DNA of 64,000 bases from Epiperipatus broadwayi (taxonomy: Eukaryota; Animalia; Onychophora). The translations under genes were made by a program, and so were the position numbers. This document shows, piece by piece, positions 49,902 through 63,350 of this stretch (position 1 is its first letter; each line of letters begins with the position of its first letter). The notes below the pieces were generated by a model that did no database searches, was not told the DNA's origin, and saw only the letters and a list, made by a program, of their open reading frames with translations. The stretch lies in the NCBI GenBank assembly GCA_028023455.1, contig JAQFVV010000003.1, forward strand, positions 26,908,001 through 26,972,000. The letters run 5' to 3'.

Positions 49902-52819
49902 ATGTCATTAATGCTTTTTTGTAGCAAGATCTGTAATATCTTACAGAGATGCTAATTAAATTCACTGGTCACATGCTACTCAGATGGCATTTGAATAATC
50001 TGCAGGTTTAATAATTGAAGTGGAATTTTAGGGTAAATACTTCTAACTGAATAGTAAAGATTATATATTTTTAATTATATTCTTAGATGGCAGGAGATAG
50101 TTCACTAGTCAAATTGCACAAAATGATATCACTTGTTTTTGTTGTTGTTGTTCAGCAAAAATGATTTTAACGGTATTTTTTGTTTCAAGATTGTTTCAAT
50201 CATTCAAAGATGTTTTTATTTAATAAATATAAAATATATTGAATTTTGTAATTGTGTAATGTTTTTTTTTTTTTTAAATTTAAACTTATCATGAAAAAGA
50301 GGGGGAAAAAATTACACTTTGATTTTTTATTTTTTAAATTTTATAGCTTTTATTATTTTTCCACTTTTTAAATTATATTTAAATTTATTTTAACAATATT
50401 TTATTCTTATTTTGATATAAACTTTATTGAAGCTGAAGCCCATATTTGAATATTGCACAATTTACGTGCATTATTTTGACCAAGCAAGAATTAATTAATT
50501 TTTTGATTTGATTTTAGAACTGGTCATTTTTTTTATAATGGCTTAATTAGGCTATAGGGTCATTTAATCATTCATTTCCATAGCTATTGTATATTCTGAT
50601 CCACTATTCAGTTACATATTTTGAAGTCCAACTTTAAAATATATATTAGCTACACAAACAGCTTATCTGTTATTAACTGTTACATGTTTGATTGATCTTG
50701 TAAACTAGATATCTCCTTTAAAACTATTCTTTAATCTTTTTCTTCAGTATTTATATGTGTGCTTATCTATTTCTGTTCTAAATCATTAAACATCACATGT
50801 TCACCATTCTTTATGCTTAAACAAGTTATTTATGCAGAGGTTAAACTTTCCATATGGAGAGTTTAACCTCTGTCTATTTCTGTTCTACATAAAATGGTTG
50901 TCCAATTTGGGGCTCAAGTACAGCCATATATCTTGAAAACAAAATAGTCCAAGACATTTTTATGTAATTAGAAAGTCAATATAGATCTGATAACTTCCTA
51001 TATCTACAATCCAAGATGATTTATAATAGATAGCCTTCAGAACTATAATCAAGAAAAATATTAATAAAAAAAATAAAGTCAGACTTTCAAGAAAATACTT
51101 AAATTCATATAGCAATGTAATACAAAGAAAAAAAACATGGATGCTTATAGGCTAAAATAATTACATAAAAATATGCAAATAATGAATTATATTAAAAATA
51201 TAATAGAAAAATAATATACATTTAAATTTTTGAAAATCTGTAATATTGGTTGGTAATCATACAAAATGGAGCAAGGTCAAATGGAAAAATAATATAATTT
51301 AGTCAAATGACAATAAAAATGTTGCAAGTCATAAAAATATTAATGATAAATTGGACAAAAATTATGAAAAAGGTAAAGAAATGTTTCAGAAAAATATGGA
51401 AACTTCCTGGAGACCACTAAAATCATTTGAGCAGTGTCTCTGACAACAATAAAGCTGTTCTTTCCCTTGTGAGGGCATTAAAAAATGGCACCCCTTTCTC
51501 CACCATTAGAATGGCCATTTTCCTGCTATTCACTGTATGGCTCACCAGATGCAAACTCATGTTTAACCAGGTGAATCATAGTATCCAGTGAGTCTTCATA
51601 ACAATCATTACCACCATCAAGAATAGAGACAGATTGCTGGCTCCGGAATGGTTGCATCAGAAAACCTGGTCGCAATGCACCTTCCCTGACCATGAGATAT
51701 CATGCCAGAATGCTACCTCATTCGTAATTGATGGCTAATCACAATCTGTGTTATTTTACTATGTATATCATTTCATTGTAAATTCTAAAGTTTTCTAGAA
51801 TAAACTCCATTTTTAAACTAAAAATATGGAAACAAAAGACTTCAAACTTGATGAAAATATCATGGAAAAATTTAATACAGATAGAGTTGATGGAAAAAAC
51901 CATAAAACTAATAGTGAACATTATAGAAGAATCAGAAATTATTGTGAATAGTGTAGATAACCTAAAACTGAAAAAAAAAAAAAAATAGAATTTTAAATTG
52001 GTGAAAAAACTATTGCAGTATGGAAACTGAAAAAGATTATAAATGAAAAAATGGTCAATAAGTTAAAAGATTGATTAGAGAGGTCTATATTCTGATGTAA
52101 AAACCAGAGTATATTGAAATGAATATAGAAAACTTATTTCATGGTAAATTTTATAAAATTTTGTGTGACTCTCAAAACATTTTCCAGATATTGAAATATG
52201 AAAGGGAGATTTGTGATGATTAAGCATTATCATCTAGTTCCAATTTTATGTTTACAATAGTTCTGCAAGAATAGTGAAAAAATTAAAAATTATTTTCTAC
52301 CATCACACTACAAAACTGTTAACACTTTTATCCTGCTTCTTTAGTATCTTAACTTATGTCTATAAAGATTTATAAAGCAGCAAAGGATATGGAAAAGGAT
52401 GTAAGAATGTAAAAGAAAGAAATAAAAGCAGCGAAAAGTAAAAATAAGTGTTAATAACAAGGGTAGAATTTCAACTTATATGTATATAAAGCAAAAATAG
52501 AAACAATTGAAAGATATATTTTAATTATCATAAGATTGGGGGAGGGGGATTATTGAAATGACTTAATGGTATAGTGATATTTACTTGTCATGCCTACACC
52601 CAAAAGTTGGAATCTGAATGAAACTGGAAATTTTTTTAAAGTCTCATATTCAATTAATTTTCAATTAAAACCAATATGAAATTTGACTATCCTGATGTTT
52701 TTTGTTTTATTCAATAGATTTTTGCCTTATTTTATCTTCTATCTAGAACATTAGTGTGAAAATAGAAAGCATTTATCAATCTTTTACTCCATTCTTTTAA
52801 TATAGGGTATATGAGCACA

Positions 52820-53100
52820 GACTTTCAGATGACCCATCACTCTCCACTCCATCTAATATCACTGATACACTCAAGCACATATATGCTGAAAAGATAAATA
52901 ATCACCAATATACATATTTCATGCTAAACCAGCAATCATCAGTTGGACCAGATTATCATCTCCCACACATATATACTATAAGTGCTCAGATATATATTAA
53001 GATAGACAATCTTCCTACTTTAATGGACAGGCTCCAATCTACTACACCCTCCAACTCTTCAACCGTCCATCCAATTGAAATTGCCCTTTATAACTTTAGT
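52820..53100 (-). mobile_element. Short RTE-like LINE 3' fragment
   Basis: The minus strand reads KGQFQLDGRLKSWR, resembling the GRP..W.D C-terminal block, and shares tail repeats with 43920-44400. Confidence 0.4.
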
Positions 53101-54099
53101 AAAGATGTATAAATACTTGAATATTATATAATTTTATTTTTCAATTTTCAATTCTTTTTATAAATACATGTTTATCACTTGCACCCATCCAAAGAATTCT
53201 TTACGATTGCTTTTTTTTTTTTATAATTATAAACAATCATATCACCATCATTTGTTTATCAAAATAACGATAAGCTTTATCTTACAAATATTAATAATTC
53301 AGTTATAATTCCTTAGCATACATTAAAATAAAATTTCCAAATATTATGTTTATACAATTTTAAATCATTAAGAATGTTATCCCAAAAGTTATTAATCTAA
53401 TATTCATGGATCATTTGTGACCCATAATGCCTTATCAAATGATTTGTGTCTTCATTATTGATTTGGCATTAAACATTTTCATTTTCTCTGATCCACCCTA
53501 AATTTTAATATCATGCATGTGATACTTTGCTTAAGTAAATGAAAAATTCCACTGTGCTTGTTTGGGTTGTCATTTTAACTTGTTTCTTATCGGGTTTTTT
53601 CTCTCCATACTATCAGCACAAATATGTCATATGAAAACTATATTTTATATCTGAATTATTTTATATTATTGTTTGTGAATTACTATCAAATTTTTGCAAT
53701 ATTATATATGAGTTCGAGTTTCTCATCTTGAATATAGCTGGAAAATGGTTTTTTGATGTAAAATTTTTGGCTGTAAATAATAAGTTACTACTGTGACCAA
53801 ACAATAAAAGATCATTGATGTCTGTATATTTTTCATTAAAGATAAATATGGTAGTATTCATAAATATCCATTACTTTTTTTACCTGTAGTAAATATAAAA
53901 TAATATGCGATACTCTTTTTACCAACCAATAATATAAAAAAATACTCTTCATCAGTAGTGAACATGCTCACAAGTGCATCATATTCCCTTCACTCATGAT
54001 GTAAGCAATTCCTGTTTTTGTTTGTTTTTACAATTAATATATAATTACTTATCACCATTACACAAATTTACTGAGATTTTCTTTATAGCTAGAGAACTC

Positions 54100-54500
54100 G
54101 TTCACTAAATAATATTGGATGATTAGCAGGACTGATTTTTGATTGACTTTCTGAAAATAGGTCTTCGGTTTGCTTGGAATTAATTATCTGACGAAAAAAA
54201 TCCAAACTGCATTCCAGGTTGAATCACGTCACAAGTATGCGCTACATCACAACAAGATACGCCATACCATTTTTTTTATTAACTTTTAAAAAAAAAATAT
54301 TTTAACATCTCGCATTCAGTTGTTTCATTAATAATTACGATATAATTTGTCAGCCAAAAATAAAACAAACTCAACTCGTAAATAAAAAATAAAAATGATT
54401 AGAAAAACAAATAAACAAAAAAAAATTAGGCAGTATTACGTAAAGTTAAAAATATTAAGAAAACAATTAGTTACGGAGGTCACAAGTTATTTCAATATTA
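54100..54500. promoter_or_regulatory. CpG-retaining region, possible promoter
   Basis: Local CpG enrichment, a TCACGTCA (CRE/E-box-like) site at about 54225 and a TCAGTT initiator-like motif at about 54316. No associated gene was identified. Confidence 0.3.
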
Positions 54501-54987
54501 GGAAAAAACAAAACAGTAATGTCAACATTTCAAGTTATCTAGTTTTTATTAACAAAGATTTTTAAAAAAGTTGTCCTTTAAATGGCCTTACTTCATTTAA
54601 AACTGCTTAAGGCTTTCAAATATCCAAAATTATATCACCATACTTGATCAACTGCCACTATTTTTTATATAATTAGAAATTGATAAGTTGCCAAATTAAT
54701 TATTCAAATTCATTATAATAAATTGTATAGTTAATATTAAAAAAATGATATTAATAAATTACATTTCTTTATTATGCACCTAAATAAAATTATTAAATTA
54801 TTTAAAGTAAAACACGACTGTTTATTAATTTAAAAATTATTTATAAATGGTGAAAAATGAACTTCATTGTTAAAAGAAAGGAATGATATTTTATAATTAA
54901 TAATAAAATTTACATTTGTTTATTTCTTTATTTTCAAGTACGAGTCATTACTATAAAAACAAAAATACAAAACCGATAAAAAAAAAG

Positions 54988-57900
54988 TGATGTGCACTGT
55001 GGCTTCTCCTTTATTGGAGTCAGGAATCTCTCAGCTACTATGCCCAGAGAAACCTGTTAGACACCTTCCATTTCTCACTCTGTCTTTCCCATATTCTTTT
55101 CTAACCTGCTCCATCTCATTTCTACAACATAATCTTTGTCAACTAAATCCCCCGTATCTTTGCCCAAAGCCAGCATAAAAACCAAGAACCCACTTTCTGT
55201 ATAATCACTGTTTATATTTATTTCCCCTCAACTTCATTATTTGCACCCTTTTTGCTTGTAGGCATTACATTCAATTAACAGATGCCTAATATTTTCCATG
55301 CCTTTCTTATATAATTTGCAGACTAAATCACCCATATTTTTCCATTTATGTGCATATTACCTTATTGCTTAACATCTTGCTTGAGCCATAAACAGTAAAT
55401 TGATCTCCTTGCTATTATCATAAATTAACTTGCACCCAATATTTCTGTTTACTTTTATATATATATTTAAACTCTTTTTACTCTCCATACTATTTCTCTA
55501 TCTCTCCAACTTCCTATTTTTTATTAATACATCTATTCTATCCCATTCCTTGTCACTATAATACTCAATAATTCTCCTAACACAATCATCCCACTTTTTG
55601 TATAAGTATACTGATATAAAGTCTTTATCCAAATCTTCTGCATACCATACCACCTTTCTCACCCATCTTGTTGTGTGTCCTTTACTCATAACACAATTAA
55701 AAACTATTTTGGTTATTCTCTTATCATCCATAAATTTCAATCTACTGAACATTTTCATTTTGCTTTTTGCATCTTTCACATAAAAACTAGACCATCCCAT
55801 TTCTCCTTGAATTCCAATGACACATCTGCATCTAATGCATGCTTTCTCACTTTTCTTTGTGCTTTTTCTAAGTAAACTAACATATTTTTACTAACACATA
55901 ACACATCATTAACATAAGTTAACCCTGCTACTGCCACTTCCTTCTGTACAATTCTAACTACATATTTATTATATGAAAACACTGTTATTTCTTTATCAGT
56001 CCCTTTCTTTTTTTTGCTTCATTTATCAATTTTTTCTCCCATTCATACAAGCAATTTCTCTGACTATGAATCCCAAATAATTATACCTATTCATCACATT
56101 TAACTTTATATCCCCCAATAAAAATTATTTTTCTCTTCTCTTTCCCAGCATTTATCATCATTACTTTTGATTTTCCTTCACTAAATTTAATCCCCATCTC
56201 TTTATCCACTCTTGCACATGTCTTTAATATAACTTTCATATCTTCCTCACTTTCTGTGCACAAGAAGATATCAACAGTAACCCTACTTTCTGTGCATAAA
56301 AGACCTGATAATATATATACTCTCTTGCCACCTATTAATGATATCTCTACTATCCTTCTAGTCTTTCTATTGCTCTTTCCATTTCTCTCAAATATAACAA
56401 AAACAAAATAGGTGACATACAGCATTCTTGCCTTAGTCCCACTCCATTTTTAACTTGAACTGATTTTATTTCCTAATTGATATGTATAGTAAGTATTTTT
56501 ATACAATCTCTTAATAAGATCCACTAAAGCTCCATTCCCAAATTTTTTTAAACCTACCCATAATTTATTTCTATTTACTCTATCATATGCCTTTTTCATC
56601 TCTATAAAGACCATATATAAGTTTACTTGTATTCTTATGCACATCTATAAGTTGTGTGACTACAAATAAACTATCTCTTATACATCTATCTTATTAAAAA
56701 CCTCCTTGCATTTCTTCCAATATATTATTTTTTCCAGCCACTTTGTGACCCTTCCAGCCACCATATATGCAAAAACTTTATATAAGATTGCTGTTATTGC
56801 TATCAGTCTATAATTGTTTACCCTTCTATAATCCTTATGCTTTCCTTTAAATAATAGCCTTATTCTTGTATTATTCCAACTAGCTGGAAAATCTCTCTTC
56901 TGTGCCATCTTATTAAAACATGATAATAGATTTAATTTTGTTCTATGTCCTAAATTCATTATCATTTCTGCTGCCCATCCATCTAAACCTCTTGTCTTTC
57001 CACTTTTCAATTTCTTCCTTGCTTCATTCAATTCATTTCTGTAAACCTGATATTTCCATTACTATATGCTTTCATGTTTGTTATCACTCTGTCCTTCACA
57101 TCTAACATCTTTTCTATACCCACTATATACTTATTTAAGATTGTCACTAATTCTTTTCTAGAGATATACTCTATTTCCTCAACATCTAGTAATACTATTT
57201 CTCTCGCCCATGCATTCCTTTCTTTAATATATTTCCAAAATTTTTTACTCCTATCTTTCCCACTTTTATTAAAGGCCTCCAACAATTTATTATATAATTT
57301 CATTCTCTCTATATAATTATCTATTTTAGCCAACTTCTTTTTTTAAAATACTTTCCCCATTTAATATAAACATCTTTTTTTATTTATTCTCTGCATGCTT
57401 TTTTCCTCTTTTTTACACTCTTCTCAATATTCTTACCTAAAATCCTATTTGTCACTTTTTCTACATCACCATGGCACTCCTTATATTCATCCCCAACAAA
57501 CTCTTCCATGATTTCTTCTACTTTTATTTTTATATTTTTTTAATTTATTTTTATCATTCATTCTCCATCCACATCTTTCACTATTCTTTCTACTTTTATT
57601 TCTATTTTCCATCACATTACTAACCATTTCTATTAATAAAGAAATTAAGATCACTATTACATACTCTATCTTCATTATCAAAAACTTTTAATTTTCCATA
57701 CTTTTATTTATTCCCTCTTTATCTACTAATATATAATCTATTGTGTGAAATATGTTATTTCAGAGACTATCCATTATTGTTATCCAAGTCATAAATTTCT
57801 TCAATATGCCATTCATATCCTTTATAACCATTATTTTCTTTTCTTTTTTTCAAAACTCTGTATATCCTTAACTAGACATTCATATATGCTACTGTTCCAC

Positions 57901-59700
57901 TCCATTATAGTTTGATTATCTCCAATGTCTATATATACCATAGCCATCATTCATTATTGTCTTCCTAACCTTATCTCAAACCACAAATATTCTTAACAAT
58001 AGTATTTGTATATTTTTTGACATAACTCCTATACCATCATCCTTTTTTTCTTTTCTATTTATATTCTACCATGTCAAGTCTTTTAGTGTAGGTTCTTCTT
58101 CTCTTAGATGTGATTTCCACTACAGTTAATACCCCAAGCTCTTTATTTTTAACTACTTTATTTAATTCCAGCCACTTTTTTGATCTTTACCATCTTGCAT
58201 ATTCAAATATTCAATTTTAACAATTTCTTCTTTTCTTACTACACTTTTATGAATTCTTTTGACTTTTTCTTCTCTACTATATTTGTAAGTAACTTGCTTA
58301 CCACTAATTTTATAGACCCATTCCCTCTTCACATCTACATTTATATCTTAATCAGCTTCTCTTTGTTTATTTCTTACATCTCATCCATTCTTCTTTTTGA
58401 TAATACTGCAATTTAAAACCCTATCCTCTTTATAAGTTTTCCAAACTATACTATTTTTTATAAATCAAACTTCCTAATACTTCACTTCCTTGTTTTTCTA
58501 AGTGCAATCCATCTTTACTATACAACTTTCTCTTGCTAATGGAAAAATCACACACATTCACAAACATAACATTATTTCTCTCACATAATTTTTTCAATCT
58601 CTCATTTATAGAATATGCTCTATCTAACATATACCTATTGTAAAATTTTGGTAATAATCCAAATATTCCTACTTTTCTTTTAATCTTATTCAAATTACTA
58701 ATCAATTCTATGTACTTTTCCATTATTCTCTATGATGGCTCTGACAAATTATTTATACCATAACATAAACATCTCTACTCCTTTATTTCTTCACCTTATC
58801 TGTAGTATCCCTAATTCTAGTTCCAGGCAAACATATTCTTACATACTTATTTTTGTTTTCCTTTGCAATTATAACTCCACATGCTTTAATTAGTGAGTCT
58901 CCCATCAATACTGACTCATTGTTTATTTTCCCTACTTGATCCATGACGTTTTCCCTTTCATCTTCTGGATTTCATTATCTAGTTCTTCTTTAATATTTCT
59001 ATTCATTAATTCCTTAATCTTCTCACACTTCATCTCTAATGATTTTAATTTTGCTTCTACATCCTTTATCTTTTCCTCTGTCTTACTTATTTTTTGGCTA
59101 ACCATCTTCTATTGCACTACTTATTTTGTCATGCATATCTCTTGTCACTACACTAAAAACATACTCTATTCTATCCTCCTCAACTATATTTTGCTCCATT
59201 TATCCTGACTTTTACTTTAAACTATCTATACTTAGAAACCATTTTTTCATTCTTTTATCACATTTACATATGAGTTACATAACCACACACCTGTTACATT
59301 CTTCCTAGTCTTATTTAAGCATTTCAAATGATAAACCTCATCACATATGGTATACTCTACCACGGCATGCCTAATTTCCTTCTGACCATAATATATATAT
59401 TGTGGGATACAAATGCAATCTATATTTCTTATTTTTCCAAGTCCATTCTATATTTAAATTTATGCTTTCTCTACTACTCTTCAAATCCCTTTATACAAAA
59501 AGAGAAAAACTTTTTTTTAAAAGGTGATTGATAAATATGTGTTTCCTAACCTTATACCTCAAACATTTATCTTCTTTATCAAATAAATCACTCTCTTTCT
59601 TAAATTGAAAAATTCTTTAGTAACAGACTAAAAAAATCAACTAATCTTATTTACAACTTAGTTTTAAAGCCTCCTTGCAATAAACACACACACACACAAA
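54988..59700 (-). mobile_element. Decayed near-full-length LINE: esterase ORF1, APE endonuclease and RT (RTEX- or CR1/L2-like)
   Basis: ORF1 has SGNH/GDSL motifs VLMGDSLIK (58894-58902 = GDS) and LYSKDGLHL. ORF2 fragments are KSGKTRGLDG, SWNNTRIRLLFKGK, NNYRLIAITAILYKVF, FIEMKKAYDRVNRNKLW and GLRQ. An AATAAA lies near the 3' end (about 55010). Confidence 0.9.
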
Positions 59701-59789
59701 AAAATATAGTTTTTCTTTTTATATTAAAACGGTATAACAAACCACTTTCTAAACCTTAGCAATATTATTCCCAATTTTTTCAAATCCAA

Positions 59790-59794
<5 letters not shown>

Positions 59795-59838
<44 letters not shown>
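59795..59838. repeat. (TC)22 microsatellite
   Basis: Direct reading. Confidence 0.95.
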
Positions 59839-59841
<3 letters not shown>

Positions 59842-59939
59842 ACTCCAATTTTTTTTTTCATGTCCACCCACTAAGCAAAAATTTTTTGCAGCAACAAATT
59901 TTTTTCAGATGATACTCAAAAAAAATATAAACTTTAACT

Positions 59940-60247
59940 CAGAGGTCCCCAACCCTATGCCCATAGGCACCATGATGCCCGCAGACCATTTTATGTATGC
60001 CCACTGCTATCCGAACACTATAAAAAATTATTTATCTGATACAAATAAATTTAATTTTTAAGATTTCTTATAAATTATTGTATTATATTGTAATCAAATT
60101 GTAGGTCATACTATACTTTTACAGCATAAATGAGTCTAGTATTAGCAATATCCAACTATAAATTTACATTGAAAAAATAAATGGTGCCCACCACATGGCC
60201 AGTATTATGGAATGTGCTCTTAAGTGCAAAAAGGTTGGGGACCTCTG
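59940..60247. mobile_element. hAT (Charlie-like) MITE, 308 bp
   Basis: 15-bp TIRs CAGAGGTCCCCAACC and GGTTGGGGACCTCTG. Identical 8-bp TSD CTTTAACT at 59932-59939 and 60248-60255. Confidence 0.93.
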
Positions 60248-60310
60248 CTTTAACTTATCTTGTGGAACAAATTGGCAACTTCAGCACAGTAAGTCAGTTA
60301 AGTTAAATTT

Positions 60311-60775
60311 AAATAAAAGTACCAAACTAATGCCACCAAGTGCAAGCTTTTGTAATCAATGAATGCAGAAAGGTTTGTGCATAAAATTTCATCTAGTGCC
60401 TACTCATCCAATATCTCCAGACTAGTTTCTAGCTTGTGGTTTTCATCATTGAGGAGCCTTGGATTTGAGGGCATTAGTTTATAGTTAACCAAATAGGTAA
60501 AATGTGGCTGGTAGAGAGTTTCATTAGATCCTATAATCTAGGTGTAGTGCTCTTAAATTCAAGGCTCCTCACTGATAAAAGCCATAAGCTAGAAACTATT
60601 TGGAGATGTTGGATGAGTAGGCACTAGATAGGGATTTTGTGCACAAACCTTCCTGTACTCGTTGATTATAAAAGTTTGCACTTGGTGGCACTATTATATA
60701 GAAAGTTTGGTACTCTTATTAACAGCATGTGTAAGCATATGAAATGATGATCGTGTGATGTTTTGATGGTTTTAT
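60311..60775. mobile_element. Retrozyme-like HHR repeat, locus E (diverged subfamily; minus arm then plus arm)
   Basis: HHR copies at 60414-60455 (-, C3 to A) and 60566-60606 (+, G8 to A, cleavage triplet lost). It shares ggatgagtaggcactagatagggattttgtgcacaa with the other loci. Confidence 0.85.
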
Positions 60776-62144
60776 TGGAAAAAAAAGTAATCTGAGTAAA
60801 AAATGATAAAACTAAGAATATTAACAATAGATCAGAAAATTGTTTCTATCTCATTTTAATATGAAAACAAAGATAAAATTCCTTAAAAATACATAGATAC
60901 AGGGTGAAATAGAGTTTTATGACTCTCATTTTCATTGACTGCCCCATGCAAAAATGAATAGTGATCATGCAACTTCAAAAGAAGCAGGAAAAAAGATGAT
61001 TAACAGTATAAAATTAAAAATGAGTTTTGAAATGACATATACTAAAACACAAAACTCATTCCTATAGAAAACATCTTGCTGCTGATGTTTTTTTTTAATT
61101 TCTGCATTATTTTTTTTTCTTTCTGAAAATCTTATTTGTCTTATTGAAGATCTTTCTTGGATTCTCATACCTTTGCAGTGGAAGTGATCAAAATGCATCT
61201 CTGTAGAGTGTATTTGAGATAATCTTTAAAAGCAGTTGGAGTGTACTTCTCACATTAAAACTAATCCCAGTTTCACTGTAAAATATGTTTTAGAAAGTAT
61301 CTTATTATTCATTTACTTCACTATCCAAATACAATGAAGATTAGATCTTATGAAGTATTCTTATATGCAAATTTTCCAATGTCTTTACATTAATTGATAA
61401 AAATCCATTTTACACTTTGATGTAATAAATTTGATAGAATAACAGTATAAATTATTTATAACTTGATTGATCTCCAGGTGTCAAATATTCCGCACTCACA
61501 CTTTTTGATACCATCTACTTTAAATAAATACATTAAATACTATTATTAATCAATTATTAGGCTAGATGTTATCATATTATTTTTAATCCAGATGTAAACC
61601 TTAAACTCAATGTCCTTATGTGTTTTAATAATGTGTGAAGAATAGAAGTTTTAAGTATATTTAAATAATAGTACACTGTTTAAACTAAGGACATTAAAAA
61701 AAGATAAATGAATTTAGTTGTAACTTACTTTGGATATTCAAACAATGATTTAAGGCCTTGAGAATTTTATCAAATATAAACAATTTACTTAGAAAGGTAT
61801 ATTCCCCATAAGCAATATTAAAAGTATATGACCAATTCTATATTAAAAACAAAAATGGTGTAGAACTTGCAGTAAGATAATCTTTCATGATAAATATTAC
61901 CAAAGAGACTTATTTGACTGATTTCATAATTTTTGTGTGAAAAATTTAGATAGTAACTTACAAACATATTTCCAAAAAATGTGCAATTGTCAAAATTGTG
62001 CACATAGTTTAAATAGATATATATTTATAATATTTTAGAAATTGATCATTTAATAGCAGAAGAGAATGTAAGAATTGCAAAGATATTTTACTTTAGTCTT
62101 TTAAATTGTTGGTCATTTGATCAATTGATGTTACCACAGCCTTC

Positions 62145-62146
<2 letters not shown>

Positions 62147-62183
<37 letters not shown>
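62147..62183. repeat. (AT)n microsatellite
   Basis: Direct reading. Confidence 0.95.
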
Positions 62184-62190
<7 letters not shown>

Positions 62191-63308
62191 TATTAATCAA
62201 ATTGAAAATATCTCAAAGGCAACTAATACAAAGCTAGAAGTCATTCACAGGTAGGTTATTTTTAATCAATTCAACATTAATAAAGTGTTTATTGTAACTA
62301 TATCCTGTTGATGTGGTAAAATGGTTTTTGATTGATTCGTAGATAATTAAAAATTTTTTAAAAAAGTCTCAATTCAGGCATTGTTTTGCTAATATACACT
62401 TAACTGTCCTAATATTACATGGTTTCCTGAACAAATAACATAATTTTTTAAATGTTACTACTGCTACTGCTATTGCAACTACAACTACTACTATCACCAT
62501 TACTGCTATCACTAATAACATAATGGCATTAGTACAATAAACATGAATAAAGATATCTTTTTGGACACAAACATTCAATCACCCAATAAAAAAGACATTT
62601 GGCTTTAGTCAGAAGTTTGAGTGCTGGAAATGTGAGCCATGAATCGATTTTGGTAGCTTCCAATTCCAAATCAAGAGCTCTACTAACTGCACCAAAATGC
62701 ATAAGGTAATCAACCAACAAAAATATATTAAGCATTCCATAATGACATAAACTAGTGTATATGGTAAATGTATATTAATGATTAAACTAGTTATCAATAG
62801 CATTATTATGAATAGATCAAAAAAAGGTAATATATTTAGATTTTTTAATTTATATAAAATGTGATGAATCATGGCACAGAACATATTATAAATGTTCAAA
62901 TTATATCCTTAATAACTCAAGAACCTCATCTTTCTCTAGTCTTTTTTTTTGTGTGAGTGCTACCTTATATATTAACCTCATCATAGGCATTATATGTTTG
63001 AGAGAAAATAATGATTCTAATTGCCTATGTTAATAATACAGCAAGCGTGCATTCCCTTTTCTAAAAAGTGGCTTGCTCTAACTAATTAATACATTATGCA
63101 AATAATATGTTCATTTGTTAGCTTTTAAAGAGGGTCTTATTCCCTTACCTCTGTTACAAGCATTGCTATGTCTACCAAAAGCATTCTAATCACCACAGTA
63201 TTTTTATCGTTAATAAAGCTTTGCTCTTAGAATAATTTGTGTATTTGTATACATATTACATTCGCAGAGATAAAGCGTTCATAAATTTTACTCATTAATA
63301 TTATTTTA

Positions 63309-63350
63309 GACCATCAGACATCACATGATCACCATTCTTTACACTAATGC
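63309..63350 (-). mobile_element. Short remnant of the retrozyme-like monomer
   Basis: gaccatcagacatcacatgatcaccatt matches the reverse complement of atggtgatcatgt.atgtttgatggttt in locus A (about 30006-30033). Confidence 0.5.

Noticed and set aside
53200-54050. Minus-strand ORF fragments downstream of the CpG patch
   Set aside because: Stops occur in every frame and there is no recognisable domain; it could be UTR or a transposase relic.
29479-60775. Retrozyme repeats read as a CRISPR array or a simple satellite
   Set aside because: The context is eukaryotic, there is no repeat-spacer periodicity and no cas genes, and the copies are dispersed, inverted and flanked by TSDs.
62369-62578. ORF with an apparent transmembrane helix (VIAVMVIVVVVVAIAVAVV)
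   Set aside because: The hydrophobic run arises from a GTA/GCA-type trinucleotide repeat, and there is no family motif or convincing splice context.
1801-63000. Most 60-125 aa ORFs in the supplied track
   Set aside because: They are low-complexity I/F/L/K/N-rich translations expected from very AT-rich DNA, often with non-ATG starts, or they are pieces of the TEs already listed.
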